Positions 59,520 through 64,000 of a stretch of 64,000 nt of DNA are shown in pieces. The stretch spans positions 66,590,001 through 66,654,000 of the forward strand of contig CM059432.1 in the NCBI GenBank assembly GCA_030390025.1, written 5' to 3'. Under the pieces are notes generated by a model that saw only the letters and a list, made by a program, of their open reading frames with translations, made no database searches and had not been told where the DNA came from. The translations under genes and the position numbers were made by a program. How positions within the stretch are numbered: the first letter of the stretch is position 1; each line of letters opens with the position of its first letter. This DNA is from Squalus acanthias (lineage: Eukaryota).

Positions 59520-62475
59520 TGATAACCTTTCACCCCCTTGCTTACCAAGAATCTACCTACTTCTGCCTTAAAAATATTCAAAAACTCTGCTTCCACCACC
59601 CTCTGAGGAAGAGAGTTCCAAAGACTCACGACCCTCTGTGAAAAAATTTCTCCTCACCTCGGTCTTAAATGGGCGACCCCTTATTTTTAAACAGTGACCC
59701 CTAGTTCTAGATTCTCCAACAAGAGGAAACATCCTCTCCACATCCACCCTGTCCAGACCCCTCAGGATCTTATATGTTTCAATCAAGTCACCTCTTATTC
59801 TTCTAAACTCCAGCAGATACAAGCCTAGCCTGTCCAACCTTTCCTCATAAGACAACCCGCCCATTCCAGGTATTAGTCTAGTAAACCTTCTCTGAACTGC
59901 TTCCAACGCATTTACATCCTTCCTTAAATAAGAAGACCAATACTGTACACAGTAATCCAGATGTGGTCCCACCAATGCCCTGTATAACTGAAGCATAACC
60001 TCCTTACTTTTGTATTCAATTCCCCTTGCAATAAACAATAACATGCTATTAGCTTTCCTAATTACTTGCTGTACCTGCATAGTAACCTTTTGTGATTCAT
60101 GCACTAGGACACCCAGATCCCTCTGCATCTCAGAGCTCTGCAATCTCTCACCATTTAGATAATATGCTTCTTTTTTATTCTTCCTGCCAAAATGGACAAC
60201 TTCACATTTTCCCACATTATACTCCATTTGCTAGAGCTTTGCCCACTCACTTAACTTATCTATATCCCTTTGTAGCCTCCTTATGTCCTCTTCACAATTT
60301 ACTTTCCTACCTATCTTTGGGTCATCAGCAAATTTAGCAACCATACCTTCGGTCCCTTCATCCAAGTCATTTATATAAATTGTAAAACGTTGAGGCCCCA
60401 GCACTGATCCCTGTGGCACACCACTCATTACATCTTGCCAATCAGAAAATGACCCATTTATGCCTACTCTCTGTTCCTGTTAGCTAGCCAATCTTCTATC
60501 CATGCCAATATGTTACCCCCTACACCATGAGCTTTTATTTTCTGCAATAACCTTTGATGTGGCACCTTATCAAATGCCTTCTGGAAATCTAAGTACAGTA
60601 CATCCACCGGTTCCCCTTTATCCACAGCACATGTTACTTCCTCAAAGAACTCCAATAAATTGGTTAAACATGATTTCCGTTGCACAAAACCATGTTGACT
60701 CTGCCTGATTACTTTGAACTTTTCTAAATGCCCTGCTATAACGTCTTTAATAATAGCTTCTAACATCTTCCCTATGACAGATGTTAAGCTAACTGGCCTG
60801 TAGTTTCCTGCTTTCTGTCTCCCTCCCTTTTTGAATAAAGGAGTTACATTTGCTATTTTCCAATCTAATGGAACCTTCCCCGAATCTAGGGAATTTTGGA
60901 AAATTAAAACCAACGCATCAACTATCTCACTAGCTACTTCTTTTAAGACCCTAGGATGAAGTCCAACAGGACCCGAGCACTTGTCAGCCCGCAGCTCCAA
61001 CAATTTGCTCAGTACCACTTCCCTGGTGATTATAATTTTCTTGAGTTCCTCCCTCCCTTCCATTTCCTGATTTACAGCTATTTATGGGATGTTACTTGTA
61101 TCCTCTATAGTGAAGACCGATGCAAAATACCTTTTCAAGTCAACAGCCATTTCCTTATTTTCCATTATTAATTCCCCAGACTCACTTTTTATAGGACCAA
61201 CGCTCACTTTGTTAACTCTTTTTAAAATATCTATAGAAACTCTTACTATCTGTTTTTAATATTTCTAGCTAGCTTTCTCACGTACTCTAATTTTTCTCTC
61301 CTTATTAATCTTTTAGTCATTCTTTGCTGTTTTTAATATTCTGTCCAATCTTCTGACTTGCCAGCCATCTTTGTGCAATTATATGCTTTTTCTTTAAGTT
61401 TAATACTATCTTTAACTTTTTTAGTTAACCACGGATGGTGGGTCCTCCCCTTGGAATTTTTCTTTCTTGTTGGAATGTATATATTCTGTGTATTTTGAAA
61501 TATCCCCTTAAATGTCTGCCACTGCAACTCTATTGACCTATCCCTTAACCTAATTTGTCAGTTCACTTTAGCTAGCTCTGCTTTCATGCCCTCATAACTG
61601 CCCTCGTTTCAGTTTAAAATACTAGTCTTGAACCCACTCTTCTCTCTCTCAAACTGAATGTAAAATTCAATCATATTATGATCGCTGCTACCTAGGGGCG
61701 CCTTCACTATGAGGTCATTAATTAATCTTATCTCGTTGCACAATCCCAGGTCTAGTATAGCCTGCTCTCTGGTTGGCTCCAGAACGTGCTGTTGTAAGAA
61801 ACTATCCCGAAAACATTCCATGAACTCCTCATCTATGCTACCTTTGCCCATCTGATTTTTCCAGTCTATATGCAGATTAAAATCCCCCATGATTATTGCC
61901 GTATCCTTCTGACAAGCTCCCATTATTTCTTCCTTTATACTCCATCCTACCATGTGGTTACTGTTAGGGGGCCTGTACACCACTCCCACAAGTGACTTCT
62001 TGCCTTTATTATTTCTCATCTCTACCCAAACCGCGTCTACATCCTGGTTTCCTGAACTTAGATCATCCCTCTCTATTGTGCTAATACCATCATTAATTAA
62101 CAGAGCCACCCCTCCAACTTTTCCCACCTTCCTGTCCTTCCTAAATGTCATGTACCCTTCAATATTCAGGTCCCAATCTTTGTCATCCTGCAGCCATGTT
62201 TCTGTAATGGCTATCAGATCATATTTATTTATTTCTATTTGCGCTATCAGTTCATCTGTTTTGTTTTGAATGCTACGTGCATTCAGATTCAGAGCCTTTA
62301 GTTTTGTCCTTTTATTATTTTTGTAACCTCTAGCCTTATCTGTTGATTTACTCTTAGATTTGTACTCTCTATCCCTTCCTGTCACAGTCCGTTTATCATT
62401 TCCCATATTAATACCTTCCTCTATTGCCTTGTCTGTAATCTTTGAATTACCACATCTTCCCAAATTTGATCCCAT
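59520..62475 (-). pseudogene. CR1 ORF2 (AP endonuclease plus RT), frameshifted
   Basis: NARSIQNK, AITETWL, VYRPP, MGDFN, SSDHN, DFQKAFDKVPH, FADD. Confidence 0.93.
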
Positions 62476-62486
62476 GCCCCCAATAT

Positions 62487-63438
62487 TTAGTTTAAAGCCC
62501 TCTCTACCGCCCTAGTTATACGACTCGCCAGAACACTGGCCCCAGCACGGTTCAGGTGAAGACTGTCCCAACGATACAGATCCCACTTTCCCCAGTACTG
62601 GTGCCAGTGCCCCAGGAATTGAAACCCATTTCTCCCACACCAGTCTTCGAGCCACGCATTCATCTCTCTAATTTTATTTACCCTATGCCAATTTGCTCGT
62701 GGCTCAGGTAATAATGCAGACATTATTACCCTTGAGGTTCTGCTTTTTAATTTAGCCCCTAGCTGCTCATACTCTCTCAGCAGAACCTCTTTCCTAGTTC
62801 TACCTATGTCGTTGGTACCTACATGGACCACGACCACTGGCTCCTCCCCCTCCCACTGCAAGTTCCTCTCCAGCCCAGAGCAGATGTCCCGAGCCCTGGC
62901 ACCGGGCAGGCAACACAGCCGTCTGGACTCTCGCTCTTGGCCGCAGAGAACTGTATCTATCCTCCTGACAATGCTGTCCCCAATTACCACTACATTCCTA
63001 TTAACTCCCCCCGCTTGAATGGCTTCCTGTACCTCGGTGCCATGGTCAGTTTGCTCATCCACCCTGCAGCCAACGCTTTCATCCATACAGGCCGCAAGAA
63101 CCTCAAACCTATTGGACAATTGCAAAGGCCGAGGCTCCTCCACCTCCTGGGTCCCCATACCTGCCTCACTCGCAGTCACATCCTCCTATCCCTGACCACT
63201 GACCAAATCAGAAGACCTAAGACCTAAGGGGTGTGACTGCCTCCTGGAATAAAGTGTCCAGGTAACTTTGCTCCTCCCTGATGCATCGCAGAGTCGGCAG
63301 CTCGGCCTCCAGCTCATCAACTCTGAGCCGAAGCTCCTCGAGCTGCAGACACTTACCGCAGACATGTTCATCCTGGATTACACTGGTGTCCAGGAGCTCC
63401 CACATACTGCAGTCACAACACATCACCTGCACTGCCAT
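62487..63438 (-). pseudogene. CR1 ORF1 (zinc finger/leucine zipper plus SGNH esterase), broken near 63200
   Basis: CCDCSMWE...CGKC, heptad leucines, VIGDSIVR, HVGTND, DSLHLN. Confidence 0.92.
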
Positions 63439-64000
63439 CTTTATTGAGTCTTAATTAATTTATTTTTATAAATAAATAATTAACAAACCCTACTACACCT
63501 ACTAAGATTTATTACTGCTAGTAAACTAGTACTAATGAAACCTTACAATTACTAATAAATTTCCTGGGCTTTAAAAGTAGTCATTTAGTACCTCAGCCAT
63601 ACCCTCTGTCTCCATGCGTAGGTCTCCTTTTTGGTCCCTAATCGGCCCCACCCCTCCTCTTTGTACCCATTTACTATTTATATGCCTACAGAAGACTTTT
63701 AGATTCCCTTTTATGTTAGCTGCCAGTCTATTTTCATCATCTCATTGCCCCTCTTATTTTCTTTTTCACTTCCCCTCTGAACTTTCTATATTCAGCCTGA
63801 TTCTCACTTGTATTCTCAAGTGTACAATATTGTACGCCCCCTTTTTCTGCTTCATCTTACTCTCTATTTCTTTCATCATCCAGGGAGCTCTGGCTTTGGT
63901 TGCCCTACCTTTCCCATTCATGGGAATGTACCTCGACTGTAGCCAAACCATAACCTTTTTAAAGTCAGCCCATTGTTTGATTACAGTTTTGCCTGCCAAT

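Larger units (their letters stand above)
59417..63573 (-). mobile_element. Near full-length CR1 LINE (ORF1 plus ORF2), inactivated
   Basis: AT-rich leader, ORF1, endonuclease, RT and 3' UTR; TSD AAAGTA at 59411-59416 and 63574-63579. Confidence 0.93.
59313..64000 (-). mobile_element. Older CR1 ORF2 fragment split into 59313-59416 and 63580-64000 by a younger CR1
   Basis: GMAEVLN(D) at about 63581-63605 rejoins [10 protein letters not shown] at about 59390-59417. Confidence 0.8.

Overview
Vertebrate nuclear DNA made almost entirely of nested transposable elements. The repeat families (CR1 with (TTCTTATG)n tails, L2, DeuSINE, Tx1, RTE, Penelope, PIF/Harbinger) point to a cartilaginous fish; this is an inference. 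No intact host gene is recognisable, and almost every ORF in the track is a transposon relic or spurious. The window holds about 13 CR1 pieces (one near full length), several L2 pieces, and a near full-length Tx1/L1 element with a 141-bp flanking duplication. It also holds an RTE element with a perfect 13-bp TSD, four decayed two-gene PIF/Harbinger transposons (Myb/SANT gene convergent with a DDE transposase) plus non-autonomous derivatives, and a TA-flanked Tigger-like MITE. The most notable signal is five Penelope-derived insertions. Four carry a minimal type I hammerhead ribozyme fold with compensatory base changes, and two are short (208 and 225 bp) TSD-flanked non-coding fold-back elements with mirror-image hammerhead motifs. 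A 17-nt candidate micro-exon on the minus strand suggests the window may lie inside a large host gene.
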